Of a DNA stretch of 64,000 bases, positions 33,875 through 45,712 are shown in pieces. Under the pieces are notes generated by a model that saw only the letters and a list, made by a program, of their open reading frames with translations, searched no databases and was not told the DNA's origin. The stretch covers positions 256,001 through 320,000 of the forward strand of contig CAWDGJ010000002.1 in NCBI GenBank assembly GCA_963801815.1, in the 5' to 3' direction. This DNA comes from an uncultured Verrucomicrobiae bacterium. GTDB lineage: Bacteria; Verrucomicrobiota; Verrucomicrobiia; Chthoniobacterales; UBA10450. The translations under genes and the position numbers were made by a program. Every line of letters begins with the position of its first letter. Position 1 is the stretch's first letter.

Positions 33875-34909
33875 ATGAACAGCGACGAAAAGTTCATGCG
33901 GGAGGCCTTGCGCGAAGCGCGAAAGTCTATGGGCCAGACCAGTCCGAATCCCGTGGTCGGCGCAATTTTGATTTCAAACAATCGTGTCCTTGCGCGTGGA
34001 CATCATCGGCGCGCAGGCTTGCCCCATGCGGAAGTGGAGTGCTTACGGAGGTACAAACGCCAGGTCCCCAAGAGCGCGATATTGTTCGTCACGCTTGAAC
34101 CATGCTCATCCGTCGGCCGAACGGGTGCATGCACGGACGAAATCGTTCGCGCAGGCGTAAGATCAGTTGTCATTGGGACGACCGATCCCAATCCGCGACA
34201 TCGCGGCCGTGGAATAGAAATCCTGCAAAACGCCGGAATCGAAGTTCGCACCGGAATTCTGGCAGAGGAATGCGCGCGCCTGAATGAGGCATTCAACAAA
34301 TGGATCGCGACCGGGATTCCGTTCGTAATTGCGAAGTGCGGAATGAGTCTGGACGGGCGCCTGACTCGACCGAAACGTGAAGGGCGCTGGATCACAAGTG
34401 CGGCCGCGCGCAAGCACGCCCACAGACTGCGGTCGGAAAGCGATGCGATCTTTGTCGGCGCGGAAACGGTGAGGATCGACAATCCCCGGTTGACCGTTCG
34501 AGGTGTACATCATTTCCGCCAACCGATGCGCGTGGTGATAACCCGATCAGGAAAACTTCCGGGTCGTGCCCGAATTTTTACAGACCGGCAGGCGAAAAAC
34601 ACTTTGGTTTATCGAAACGAGCCGCTTGCCGCTATTTTGGCCGATCTCGGCAAGAAAGATGTAGTCAGTGTAACGATTGAAGGCGGCGGAAGTGTGCTCG
34701 GCCACGCCCTCGACCAGCGCTTGATCGACAAGGTGCAGATTTACACCGCGCCAATTCTTACTGGCGGCGGTGTGCCCGCGTTCGCTGGAGATGGCGCACG
34801 GTCGACATCGGGGAGCGCACGATTGGACAGGATCAGCTTTGAAAGAATTGGTCCCGATCTTTGCGTCACCGGCTATCCGAGGTATGCAACACCCGTCGCG
34901 AGCGAATAA
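33875..34909 (+). CDS. ribD: Riboflavin biosynthesis deaminase/reductase RibD
   Basis: SPNPVVGA, HAEV, TLEPC, SLDGR, IEGG. Confidence 0.95.
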   Translation: MNSDEKFMREALREARKSMGQTSPNPVVGAILISNNRVLARGHHRRAGLPHAEVECLRRYKRQVPKSAILFVTLEPCSSVGRTGACTDEIVRAGVRSVVIGTTDPNPRHRGRGIEILQNAGIEVRTGILAEECARLNEAFNKWIATGIPFVIAKCGMSLDGRLTRPKREGRWITSAAARKHAHRLRSESDAIFVGAETVRIDNPRLTVRGVHHFRQPMRVVITRSGKLPGRARIFTDRQAKNTLVYRNEPLAAILADLGKKDVVSVTIEGGGSVLGHALDQRLIDKVQIYTAPILTGGGVPAFAGDGARSTSGSARLDRISFERIGPDLCVTGYPRYATPVASE

Positions 34910-34969
34910 TCGCAAGCAACTTTTCGTCTGACATAATGTTCAATCGTTAGTTTGGGAGGTAAAGGAACA

Positions 34970-35233
34970 ATGAAGAAACTACTGTTAATTGCGTTGGCTG
35001 CTGGCGGTATCGCGTTGGCGTCCGCTCCGAGTTCCAACGCGGGTGTGTCAGTTGGCATCGGGGTCGGGTTCCCGGGGCCTTACCCGTATCCCTATTACGG
35101 CTACGGCTATCCGTATCCTTATTATGGGTACGCTTATCGGTATTGGTACGGCCCGGGCTATTATTGGTACCACGGTCGTCGGGCGTATTTCTCGAGGGCA
35201 TGGCCTCACGCGCGGTATCGGCACTGGCGATAA
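34970..35233 (+). CDS. Small exported Tyr/Pro/Gly-rich protein
   Basis: AAGGA RBS; signal peptide MKKLLLIALAAGGIALASAPSSNA; VSVGIGVG then YPYPYYGY repeats. Confidence 0.75.
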   Translation: MKKLLLIALAAGGIALASAPSSNAGVSVGIGVGFPGPYPYPYYGYGYPYPYYGYAYRYWYGPGYYWYHGRRAYFSRAWPHARYRHWR

Positions 35234-35258
35234 AGCGCTAAGGAATTGCTCTTGCACT

Positions 35259-35290
35259 GGCGGGCTCAAAGCCCGCCGGTTTTATTTTTT
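35259..35290 (+). terminator. Intrinsic terminator
   Basis: ggcgggc-tcaaa-gcccgcc followed by ggttttatttttt. Confidence 0.7.
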
Positions 35291-35818
35291 CGTCGACGCC
35301 GAGGCTGCGGGTGCTGATGTCGACCCAGGAGACGAGGACGACTCCTGAAATTCCTTTTTCAAACGGTCCTGTAGCGCAGGCAACTGCTGTTGCCGTTGGG
35401 TCTCGATCTCCTGCCGGAGCGAATGCTCAATCCGACGCCGTTCCTGCAGGTAGCGCTGTTCAAATTGGGCTCGCCTTTCGCCTTCAAGGTGCAGGCCGGA
35501 ATTTCGGAGCGCTGCCTCTACTTCCCTGCTGACCTGGGCCCGATAAATTTTCTCGCGCTGGCGCATTATCATGCGCTCCTCGGGACTCATTTGCATCCAG
35601 CGCTCGGCGTTTCGTTGAAAGATTTGCCGGTCCTGCGGAGGAAGTGCGAGGTATCGCTGGCGAGTTTCATTGAAAGCCGGACCTCGGTGCGGCGCGGGCA
35701 TTGCGTGGGCCCCGGCGGCCCGTTGGCCATGAGGCTGAGCGTTGGCTAAAGGCGAGCTCAGAACCAGTATCGCAAGCGCTGCGCTACTGCCTACAAGGTT
35801 TGAGTGTCGTCGTCCCAC
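35282..35818 (-). CDS. Exported helical protein, DUF3106-like
   Basis: Signal-like N-terminus; RYLALPPQDRQIFQRNAERWMQMSPEER repeats. Confidence 0.7.
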   Translation of the reverse strand: MGRRHSNLVGSSAALAILVLSSPLANAQPHGQRAAGAHAMPAPHRGPAFNETRQRYLALPPQDRQIFQRNAERWMQMSPEERMIMRQREKIYRAQVSREVEAALRNSGLHLEGERRAQFEQRYLQERRRIEHSLRQEIETQRQQQLPALQDRLKKEFQESSSSPGSTSAPAASASTKK

Positions 35819-36147
35819 AAGCTGCTCTCATCAGTGACCAGCAATTCATCCAGATCGGCGACCACGTCATAGTCCTGTGGGTCGATCTGTGCAATCACAT
35901 CCGGCGTGCTATCGACAGATTTCTGGCGCCCCGGATGATGGAGCGCCACGACCGCTGCGATTACTGCAGCGGCCAGACCTGCGGCCGGCACAAGTCTGCG
36001 CAAACTGAACCAATTGCGCAGGATTCCAAGTGAGTACGACTGTGGCCGGGTAGCCCGAACAATATTGCGGGCAAAAAAGGGCGAAAGCTTCGGCTCCGAA
36101 GCGTGGCCCAGGAGGTCCCATAATTGCTGGTCGTCTTCGCGTTTCAT
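35791..36147 (-). CDS. Single-pass membrane protein, anti-sigma-factor-like
   Basis: GAGG RBS; MKREDDQQLWDLLG..PKLSPFFARNIVR, one TM helix, acidic C-terminus DYDVVADLDELL..SLW. Confidence 0.7.
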   Translation of the reverse strand: MKREDDQQLWDLLGHASEPKLSPFFARNIVRATRPQSYSLGILRNWFSLRRLVPAAGLAAAVIAAVVALHHPGRQKSVDSTPDVIAQIDPQDYDVVADLDELLVTDESSLWDDDTQTL

Positions 36148-36220
36148 TTCCTCGCGAATTAAACAAACTCGATTACTGAAAGTTGCGCGAAGGCCACAAG
36201 TCGCCGAGTGCGGTAAGGCC

Positions 36221-38047
<1,827 letters not shown>

Positions 38048-38099
38048 GACTGTGGGTTAAGGGTTGTGGCCTTCGATCAGCGTTCCCGCGGTTCGACAA

Positions 38100-39902
38100 T
38101 TAACGGCCGGCCTCAGGAACAGACGAAAGCCCGGAAATCTGCTGGAGTTGCTCACGTAGGTCAACAATTTCTTTCTGTAAATTCACTACTTCGCCGGTAG
38201 TCAATCGAGGGAGGCGAATTCGCGTTTCCGCGATCTCGAGCTGGCGCCGCAAGGACCCCTGCATCAGGCCCTTCCACCAGCCCTCAGTGACCTCCACCGC
38301 ATTTGCCGGCACTTTTTGCATCAACCAAGCAGAAACCAGACCCTCCTCTTCCGCAGACAGGCCGGTCATGAACGAGTTGAGCGAGGCCGAGTCGTCTGGA
38401 CGCAGGTCAGTCTCCAGAATCTTGATTAGCAATTCCGTTCCCGGGATCTGTTGTAACACCTCTCGCCAATTCTGTTGCAGGAGAAAACCGCGGGCCGCTT
38501 CCTCGCGCAGAGCCAGAAGACAAAGCATTGCCACGTCGTGCTTTGGCGCGACGGCACCCTCGGCCGGACGACTCTGCGCAGGTGACGAACGCTCTCGCCG
38601 CTGCTCGGGCACGAGCCTTTCAAACTCGGACGCAGGCACGCCCAACCGTGCGCTCATTTTATTCAAGACTTCGCCGCGCATCAGCGGATCACGCACCTGA
38701 GCGGCAGTGTCCGCGAGCTTGCGCGCCAACTGCACCTTGGCGCTGAGTGAGTTTAGATCGACACTCCCGACTTCGCGCTCAATCCAGTAATCGAAAAAGT
38801 CTTGGGCCGCCGCGACCCTTTTGTCGAATTCCTCTTTACCGTTTCGACGTATCAGCGAATCCGGATCTTCGCCCGCCGGCATGTCGACAATGCGCACGAC
38901 AAGATCGTGCTGAAGAAGCGAATCCAACGAATGGTGCGCCGCTTTCTGCCCCGCTTGATCGGCATCGAAGCACAGGACAACTTCGTCAACAAAACGCTTG
39001 AGAATCCGCGCCTGATGATCAGTGAAAGCTGTTCCCTGGGGCGCAACGACGTTCTTGATTCCCGCCTCGAACAAACTGATCAGGTCGAGCTGGCCCTCGC
39101 AGACAATCGCGCAGTTCGCCTCGATCAACGCGCGCTTTGTTTTATGCAGTCCAAATAAAACGCGTCCTTTTTGGAAAAGCGGCGTTTCCGGTGAGTTCAC
39201 GTATTTCGGCGCTTGCGGATCGGCTTCGAGCAATCGGCCGCTGAACGCAATCACTTCACCGACGTCGTTGCAGATTGGAAACATGATCCGCCCCCGAAAC
39301 CGGTCGTAAATTTCGCCGCTGGGACGATCCTCGTCCCGCGGCTTCACCAATCCGCTTTGCAACAATTGGGCGCGGGAATACCCGCGATCGAGCGCCCATT
39401 TCAAAAATCCGTCCCAACTTTCCGGCGCAAAACCGAGCTGCCAATCTTTCGCAACCTGCCGGTCGATTCCGCGCTTCTTCAAGTAAGCCCGGGCTGGCTC
39501 GGCGAACTCTTTCTTTAAAAGATTTTCCTGAAACCATTCGGCCGCCTCGGCGTGCAGCTTCAACAATGTGCGCCGGGCTTCGTGTTGCCGATCTTCCTCC
39601 GGGCCACTGCGTTCTTCTACGATAGGAATGCCAACGCGCGCCGCCAATTTTCGAACGGCCGATGGAAAGTCGACGTGCTCGTATTCCATCACGAACCGAA
39701 AAACGCTTCCGCCCACCCCGCAGCCGAAGCAGTGAAAGGTCTGCCGTTGCGGATTGACATGAAACGATGGCGTCTTTTCCTGGTGAAACGGGCAAAGCGC
39801 CTTGAAATTCGCGCCGGCGCGTTTCAGCGGGAAATAGGAACCAATGACTTCGACGATGTCGTTTGCCGCCGCGACTTGTTCGATGGTTTCGGAAGGAATC
39901 AC
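38100..39902 (-). CDS. dnaG: DNA primase
   Basis: CPFHQEKTPSF..CFGC, DRFRGRIMFPI, KYVNSPET, EGQLD, FDADQAG; GTG start at 39902. Confidence 0.97.
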   Translation of the reverse strand: MIPSETIEQVAAANDIVEVIGSYFPLKRAGANFKALCPFHQEKTPSFHVNPQRQTFHCFGCGVGGSVFRFVMEYEHVDFPSAVRKLAARVGIPIVEERSGPEEDRQHEARRTLLKLHAEAAEWFQENLLKKEFAEPARAYLKKRGIDRQVAKDWQLGFAPESWDGFLKWALDRGYSRAQLLQSGLVKPRDEDRPSGEIYDRFRGRIMFPICNDVGEVIAFSGRLLEADPQAPKYVNSPETPLFQKGRVLFGLHKTKRALIEANCAIVCEGQLDLISLFEAGIKNVVAPQGTAFTDHQARILKRFVDEVVLCFDADQAGQKAAHHSLDSLLQHDLVVRIVDMPAGEDPDSLIRRNGKEEFDKRVAAAQDFFDYWIEREVGSVDLNSLSAKVQLARKLADTAAQVRDPLMRGEVLNKMSARLGVPASEFERLVPEQRRERSSPAQSRPAEGAVAPKHDVAMLCLLALREEAARGFLLQQNWREVLQQIPGTELLIKILETDLRPDDSASLNSFMTGLSAEEEGLVSAWLMQKVPANAVEVTEGWWKGLMQGSLRRQLEIAETRIRLPRLTTGEVVNLQKEIVDLREQLQQISGLSSVPEAGR

Positions 39903-39975
39903 TGGTTTAATTTTTCGCTCGTTTGCGCTCTGAAGCGATGCCAAATTTAGCCGACGCCCGCATGGATTCCAACCG

Positions 39976-41373
39976 ATGAAGAGACTGTCGATCCTCAGCC
40001 TGGTCGCGATGCTTCTGCTGCTTGAGACGGGGTACGCCCGCGATGTCATCCACAAAGGCGACGTGGTCATAGTTCCTTTGCGCGGCGAAATTTCGCCATC
40101 GCTTCTGATGTTTCTGCGACGCGCGGAAAAGCTGGCCGAAGCCAACGGTGCCAGTGCCATTATTTTCGAAATGAATACTTACGGGGGCCGTCTCGATGCC
40201 GCCGAGGAAATCACGAGCGTTCTGAATCATGCGACAATTCCGACCTATACGTTCATCAATTCAAATGCGGGTTCCGCTGGGGCACTGATCGCGCTCGCAA
40301 CTCAACATATCTATATGGCGCCGGTGAGTGCTATCGGCGCGGCCGCTCCGGTCCTGGCCACGGGTCAAGATCTTCCCGTCACAGAACGCGAGAAGACAAT
40401 TTCCTACTGGTCGGCGTTAATCCGCGGTTCAGCCTTGAAAAACGGACACAATCCGGACGTTGGCGAGGCGTTCATGAACAAAGACAAAGAAGTAAAGGTT
40501 GGCGACCGGGTTATTCATCCAAAGGGAACGCTTCTGACCCTCAATGCGCAGGAAGCGACCGAAAAAATAAACGGGAAGCCCCTGCTGGCGGATGGAATCG
40601 CCGACTCGATCGGCGATCTGGTGCACAAAGCAGGACTAAAGGGAAATCTTGTTTCGCTTCATCCCACCGGTTTCGAGCAACTCGCGTTCTGGATCACGGC
40701 GCTGGCGCCGTTCCTTTTACTCGCCGGCATCATCGGAGCGTGGCTCGAATTTAAGATCCCCGGCGCAACTTTGCCCGGATTCATTTCGGCGGTCTGTTTT
40801 GCCCTGTTTTTCCTTGGCCATTATCTGGCCGGACTCGCCGGCTGGGAAGTAGTCGCACTTTTCGTTTTGGGAATGGTCCTGGTCATCATCGAGATTCTGT
40901 TCTTCGCCCACTCCACCATTGTTTTCGGCGTGGTCGGGGTATTCCTCATCCTCGCGTCTTTGCTCTGGGCGATGATCGACCGTTATCCGGGCGAAACATT
41001 CTTCCCGACCGGTCACGCCCTTGCGATGCCAATGTTGAATCTGCTCCTGTCGTTGATTGGAGCTGCGATAGTGATTTCCCTGTTGGCGCGCTATTTGCCG
41101 AAAACGAGCATTTATCGGCGCTTTGCGCTAATGACAGCAAACCCGCCAGGACCATCTTTGGCCGGAGTCCCGCGCGAATTTGCCACTACACTCGATCTTT
41201 CGCCGGGGGCAGAAGGAACGTCATTGTCGATCCTGCGCCCAAGCGGCAAAGCGCGCTTCTTCGATCAGATCATCGATGTTGTCACACAAGGCGAGTTTAT
41301 TCCGTCAAACACGGCGATCACCGTGGTGCGCAAGGACGGAATGCGCGTTGTGGTTAGAGCGACGCGTTCTTAA
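39976..41373 (+). CDS. Long NfeD-family membrane serine protease (ClpP-like + TM + OB fold)
   Basis: NTYGG, AGSAGALI, IGAAAP, EFKIPG, LRPSGKA. Confidence 0.9.
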   Translation: MKRLSILSLVAMLLLLETGYARDVIHKGDVVIVPLRGEISPSLLMFLRRAEKLAEANGASAIIFEMNTYGGRLDAAEEITSVLNHATIPTYTFINSNAGSAGALIALATQHIYMAPVSAIGAAAPVLATGQDLPVTEREKTISYWSALIRGSALKNGHNPDVGEAFMNKDKEVKVGDRVIHPKGTLLTLNAQEATEKINGKPLLADGIADSIGDLVHKAGLKGNLVSLHPTGFEQLAFWITALAPFLLLAGIIGAWLEFKIPGATLPGFISAVCFALFFLGHYLAGLAGWEVVALFVLGMVLVIIEILFFAHSTIVFGVVGVFLILASLLWAMIDRYPGETFFPTGHALAMPMLNLLLSLIGAAIVISLLARYLPKTSIYRRFALMTANPPGPSLAGVPREFATTLDLSPGAEGTSLSILRPSGKARFFDQIIDVVTQGEFIPSNTAITVVRKDGMRVVVRATRS

Positions 41374-41570
41374 CCACCGGCCACCACGCGGATAATTTCG
41401 ATTCGATCGCCGTCAGACAGAAGTCGTTGTTGCCATTCGCGTGGACGCAATGCAACCCCGTTGTGTTCGATTAAAACCGTCTGCGGCGGCATCCGGTATC
41501 GTTGCATTAACTCAGCGACATTCTCAGCGTTTTGAATGTCCGTTCGCTCACCGTTAAGGAAAATCCGCAT
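41370..41570 (-). CDS. thiS: Sulfur carrier ThiS
   Basis: MRIFLNGE...GDRIEIIRVVAGG (C-terminal GG). Confidence 0.92.
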   Translation of the reverse strand: MRIFLNGERTDIQNAENVAELMQRYRMPPQTVLIEHNGVALRPREWQQRLLSDGDRIEIIRVVAGG

Positions 41571-42697
41571 TACCCGGTGAGTGCTTGTTCCCCATCTTTC
41601 CAAATCGGCTCCATTCCTCGCTGCCGCAACAAAGTCACGATCTGATCCGGCGATCGGTCATCGCTGATTTCAAACTGGCCAGTCGCCAGTTCGTCTTGTC
41701 CATCCTGGAATTCCGGAGGCACGATTCGGCCACGCACCGTTCGATGCAGATGCTCGATTCCGCGACGAGTGTACCCGCCGGGTTCGGTGTGGCTGCCAGC
41801 ACTCATCATCGTCACGCCTAACGAAACGAGAGCATCGCGCAAGGTTGGTCGCTCTCGCGTGCTTAACACAATCGCAACCTGCGGGAAAATTATCCGTAAC
41901 GCACAAATCAGCTGGGCCAATTCGCGATCACTAATGGAAAAAAGTGGGCGGAAACCACCCGCGGCGGGACGAAGCCGGGGCAGGCTAACCGTGATCTGGG
42001 CTTGCCAACAATGTTGCAGCAAATATTCGACATGGGCCGCCAGGGCGATCGCCTCGTCCTGCCAGCGCCACAGCCCGAGTAGCGCTCCGATACCGAGGCG
42101 GCGAAATCCCGCGGCGTAGGCCCTCTCTGGGGAGTCCAGGCGGTAGTCGAAATCACGCTTAGGTCCGGCGGTATGAAGTTCGGCATACACCCCGCGCTGA
42201 TAGGTCTCTTGATAAACAACCAGACCTTCCGCGCCGGCCCGCACGATCGGAAGATAATCGCTCGTCGACATCGGACCTACTTCGATGGCGATCGATGGAA
42301 AGTCCGGCGCCAATGCGCGAACGCATTGAACCAGGTACTTGCCGCTGACAAATTTGGGGTGTTCCCCCGCCACCAGCAGAATCTGACGAAAGCCCGCGTC
42401 ACGAAGATAACGAGCTTCCGCAGCGACTTCGCTAACGCTGAGGGTGACGCGCAGTATCGGGTTGTCGCGCGAAAAACCGCAGTAGCGACAGTTATTGATA
42501 CATTCGTTGGAAAGATAAAGCGGAGCGAACAGCCGCATCGTCCGGCCAAAATTCTGGAGCGTCAGGGTTCGCGACGCTTGGGCCATCGATTCCAGTTCGG
42601 CGTCAGACTTCGGAGCGATCAGCCGTTCGAACTGGCGAACGGACGCTGACTTCTGAAGGGCGAGATTATCAAGCGTTTCGGCAAACGACATCAGCAC
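41570..42697 (-). CDS. thiH: 2-iminoacetate synthase ThiH (radical SAM)
   Basis: FAPLYLSNECINNCRYCGF, YQETY, SLPRLRP, SAGSHTEPGGY, QFEISDDRS. Confidence 0.95.
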   Translation of the reverse strand: MLMSFAETLDNLALQKSASVRQFERLIAPKSDAELESMAQASRTLTLQNFGRTMRLFAPLYLSNECINNCRYCGFSRDNPILRVTLSVSEVAAEARYLRDAGFRQILLVAGEHPKFVSGKYLVQCVRALAPDFPSIAIEVGPMSTSDYLPIVRAGAEGLVVYQETYQRGVYAELHTAGPKRDFDYRLDSPERAYAAGFRRLGIGALLGLWRWQDEAIALAAHVEYLLQHCWQAQITVSLPRLRPAAGGFRPLFSISDRELAQLICALRIIFPQVAIVLSTRERPTLRDALVSLGVTMMSAGSHTEPGGYTRRGIEHLHRTVRGRIVPPEFQDGQDELATGQFEISDDRSPDQIVTLLRQRGMEPIWKDGEQALTG

Positions 42698-42775
42698 AAT
42701 TTCGTGCCAAGCCGCAGCTTCGCAAATTCAGCGGCCTGAATTTGGGTAACGTCGATCGTAAGAGATATCGCAAGC

Positions 42776-42817
42776 CAAAAAGCAAAACGCCGAAGCGTAT
42801 GAAACGCTCCGGCGTTT
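42776..42817 (-). terminator. Intrinsic terminator after the outer-membrane protein gene
   Basis: Minus strand aaacgccggagcgt-ttcat-acgcttcggcgttttgcttttt. Confidence 0.7.
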
Positions 42818-42836
42818 AAATTATGCTTTTCTGACC

Positions 42837-43802
42837 TTAGTAGGCAAAAGTGACGCCAAATCGCACCATTCCGAAATCCTGATTGTCGCTGCCTTGACCA
42901 GGCTTCAGGAAATTGGCGGAATTGATAACGGGTGTCGACGAAATCACAGTCCCAAAGAGTTCCGTGAGATCGCTCCCTTGTTCATTAAACGTGCCGATCT
43001 TGTCGTTATGATCCTGGCCGAACACAAAGTTCCAGGTGAAGTCGCTCATCAACCCGATATGGCAGGTGATGCGGTATTCCATACCCACGCCGATCTGGCC
43101 GAGCCCTCTGATGTGTTTATTGCCAACCGGGTCTGTCGTCCAGAATTCGTGTTCGTTAATGACGTAACCGTTTCTGCTTTCGCCTCCCGACGTCAGGGTT
43201 CCAACTACATTCTGTTCGTTGAAAAACTTGTACATTGTTACGCCGCCTCCGATGAAACCTAGCCCACCGGTAACATAAGGAGCGAAGCGTCCCCACGGGT
43301 AGCGCGCCGTCAACGTAAGCAGTCCGCCACCTGCGAAGTTGGTCTTTGCAGCGAAGCCGACTCCTTCGATGCCTGCGCCGAAGTATTTGCTCCAGAAATA
43401 TTTTACGTCAACGCCGCCGCCCCAAGCATTGTCGTTTCCGAAAAGTTGGTTTTGACTGACCTGTCCAATGTTCAGACGCTCGTTCGGATTATCGGCTCCT
43501 TGCTCGGCTGGCGGATTTGGAAATTCCCCGAAACCAGTGCCGATATCGACTGTGCTCGGATCCGAGTCCGGTACGAACGGATCATTATTCGGGACATCGA
43601 ATTGGCCGGTATCAGATCCGAAGGCGTAGGCGCCCCAAATCCCGAGGTCCCATTCATGAGCGCGATAGAAGTCGCACACGGGCGGTGCCGGCTGCATCAC
43701 TTCTTTCTTGCCGGAATACGCTTCCGGACCGTCGGCGAAAATTGCCGGCGCTGCTGCGAATAATGCGAACAATGCGCAAAAGGTTAAGGTCAGTTTTTTC
43801 AT
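42837..43802 (-). CDS. Outer-membrane beta-barrel protein
   Basis: Signal peptide; amphipathic strands (WGGGVDVKYF, APYVTGGLG, GVGMEYR); C-terminal beta signal VRFGVTFAY. Confidence 0.8.
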   Translation of the reverse strand: MKKLTLTFCALFALFAAAPAIFADGPEAYSGKKEVMQPAPPVCDFYRAHEWDLGIWGAYAFGSDTGQFDVPNNDPFVPDSDPSTVDIGTGFGEFPNPPAEQGADNPNERLNIGQVSQNQLFGNDNAWGGGVDVKYFWSKYFGAGIEGVGFAAKTNFAGGGLLTLTARYPWGRFAPYVTGGLGFIGGGVTMYKFFNEQNVVGTLTSGGESRNGYVINEHEFWTTDPVGNKHIRGLGQIGVGMEYRITCHIGLMSDFTWNFVFGQDHNDKIGTFNEQGSDLTELFGTVISSTPVINSANFLKPGQGSDNQDFGMVRFGVTFAY

Positions 43803-44057
43803 AACTTGGCTATGCGTTTAGGGTTTCTGTAGAAGTTCGTCAATAAAAAAATGAATTGTTTTTTAAGGGCTGTTTCAGGGCTTAATTCGAGGCCTATTTC
43901 TCTGTTCCCTGTCTTTTAACACGAAACTGACGCCTAGCGTCAAGCACCGAATTTCGCCCTGCTTTTACCCAAGACCGCAGCTTCTAACAAAACGGCTCCA
44001 GCGGGTCAACCCCTGAAATACCCCGCTGCGGCCCACTCCCAGGGGAACCCCGCAAAT

Positions 44058-45629
44058 CTACGCTTTCAATTCCGCTCCGGTATTGGCGTCGGTAACGATG
44101 AATTTCTCGTGGTGATATGTCGGGTCGCCTCGAAACATCAGTTTACCCGCATAACGGCGCTCAAGCTCGATCAGCAATTCTTCGTCCTCTTCTTTCAAAC
44201 GCTTGAGAACATCCGGATTCAGGACGACACGAAAATCGTGCACACTGTCCTGATATTTTCGCATCACGGTGTTGAGCGTCCGATGAAGTTCCACGCTGGT
44301 CGTCATCGACGTTTTGACTACGCCGCGACCACCACAATACGGACAATTTTCATAAATCGTGTCGCTCAGACTTTCCTGCGCGCGTTGCCGTGTCATCTCC
44401 ATTAATCCAAGCTGCGAAATCGGCAGGACATGGGTTTTCGCTTTGTCGCGCCGGAGCCGTTCCTTCATCAAGGTGAAAACCGCCTGTTGGTCCTTCCGGC
44501 TCTTCATGTCGATAAAGTCGCCAATGATGAGACCGCCGATATTTCGCAACCGCAGTTGGCGGGCAATTTCGTCAGCCGCTTCGAGGTTCGTTTGCAGGAT
44601 TGTTTTGTCGACATCGCGCCCGCCCTTGTTTCGACCAGTGTTCACATCCACCGCTACCAGGGCTTCGGTTTCATCTATTACGATGTAGCCGCCACATCTC
44701 AGCCAGACCTGCCGGTGAAAAGCGTCGTCAATTTGTTTTTGAATTCCAAGCGCCTCAAAGATCGATTCGGCGCCGTCATAAAGCTTCAGACGGCCGCGCG
44801 ACCTTCGTGAGATTTTATCGACCAATTGTCCCATTCGCTCCAGCGACTCCCGGTCGTCTACCAACACTTCGTCAATTTCTTCGGTTAAGAAATCGCGCAC
44901 CGTCCGCTCGACAAGGTCTGGCTCTTCAAAGACCCGGGCTGGCGCGGGATTATCGCGAATCCGTTGCTCGACTTCCGCCCATTGGTCCACCAGAAATCGC
45001 AGATCGCGCACGAAGTAACGCGCCCGCTGGCCTTCGCCGACCGTTCGAATGATTACGCCAACCCCTTCCGGAATATCGAGCTCACGCAAAATTTTTCGGA
45101 GACGGTTTCGCTCCTTCGGATCTTCGATCTTGCGCGAGATACCGCTGCGATCACTGAAAGGCATCAAAACCAGATATCGTCCGGCAAAACTTAAGTTGGT
45201 GGTGACGCGCGGCCCCTTGGTACCGATCGGCCCTTTCGTGACCTGAACAATCACTTCCGAACCAACCGGATAGATGTTTGGGATATCTTTCGCCGTGATC
45301 CGCTTCCGCTGCTTCTTCGATGGACGATCAACTTCCTCAATTCCACTGTCCAAAGCCGCGGGGAGCGCATCCCAGAAATGGAGAAACGCGTTTTTATCGA
45401 GGCCGATGTCGACAAACATCGCCTTCAACCCCATCTCGATATTCTTGACGCGGCCTTTGTAAACGCTACCGACGATGTTGCGCGAGCCGCTACGCTCGAC
45501 GCTGTATTCTTCCAGCCGGCCATTCTCGAGCAACGCCACGCGGCGCTCGAGTTTCTCCACGCTGACTACCAATTTGTTGCCGGTCTTGCGTGAACCAAGA
45601 CCTAAAATTTTTCTGACTCTGTCCAACAT
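44058..45629 (-). CDS. rne: Rne/Rng family ribonuclease
   Basis: S1 domain, KGPRVTTNLS, DVNTG, QLRLRNIGGLIIGDFIDM, CPYCGGRG. Confidence 0.93.
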   Translation of the reverse strand: MLDRVRKILGLGSRKTGNKLVVSVEKLERRVALLENGRLEEYSVERSGSRNIVGSVYKGRVKNIEMGLKAMFVDIGLDKNAFLHFWDALPAALDSGIEEVDRPSKKQRKRITAKDIPNIYPVGSEVIVQVTKGPIGTKGPRVTTNLSFAGRYLVLMPFSDRSGISRKIEDPKERNRLRKILRELDIPEGVGVIIRTVGEGQRARYFVRDLRFLVDQWAEVEQRIRDNPAPARVFEEPDLVERTVRDFLTEEIDEVLVDDRESLERMGQLVDKISRRSRGRLKLYDGAESIFEALGIQKQIDDAFHRQVWLRCGGYIVIDETEALVAVDVNTGRNKGGRDVDKTILQTNLEAADEIARQLRLRNIGGLIIGDFIDMKSRKDQQAVFTLMKERLRRDKAKTHVLPISQLGLMEMTRQRAQESLSDTIYENCPYCGGRGVVKTSMTTSVELHRTLNTVMRKYQDSVHDFRVVLNPDVLKRLKEEDEELLIELERRYAGKLMFRGDPTYHHEKFIVTDANTGAELKA

Positions 45630-45712
45630 AAATCTCCAAAGGTTGCGCGATCCCGAACGATAGATGCGAAACTGCAAAAAGGTTCATCGCTCGTAGGATC
45701 GACATGTGATTG

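Noticed and set aside
42698..42836. TPP riboswitch before thiH
   Set aside because: The only strong hairpin is the upstream gene's terminator, and the conserved TPP aptamer motifs were not found.
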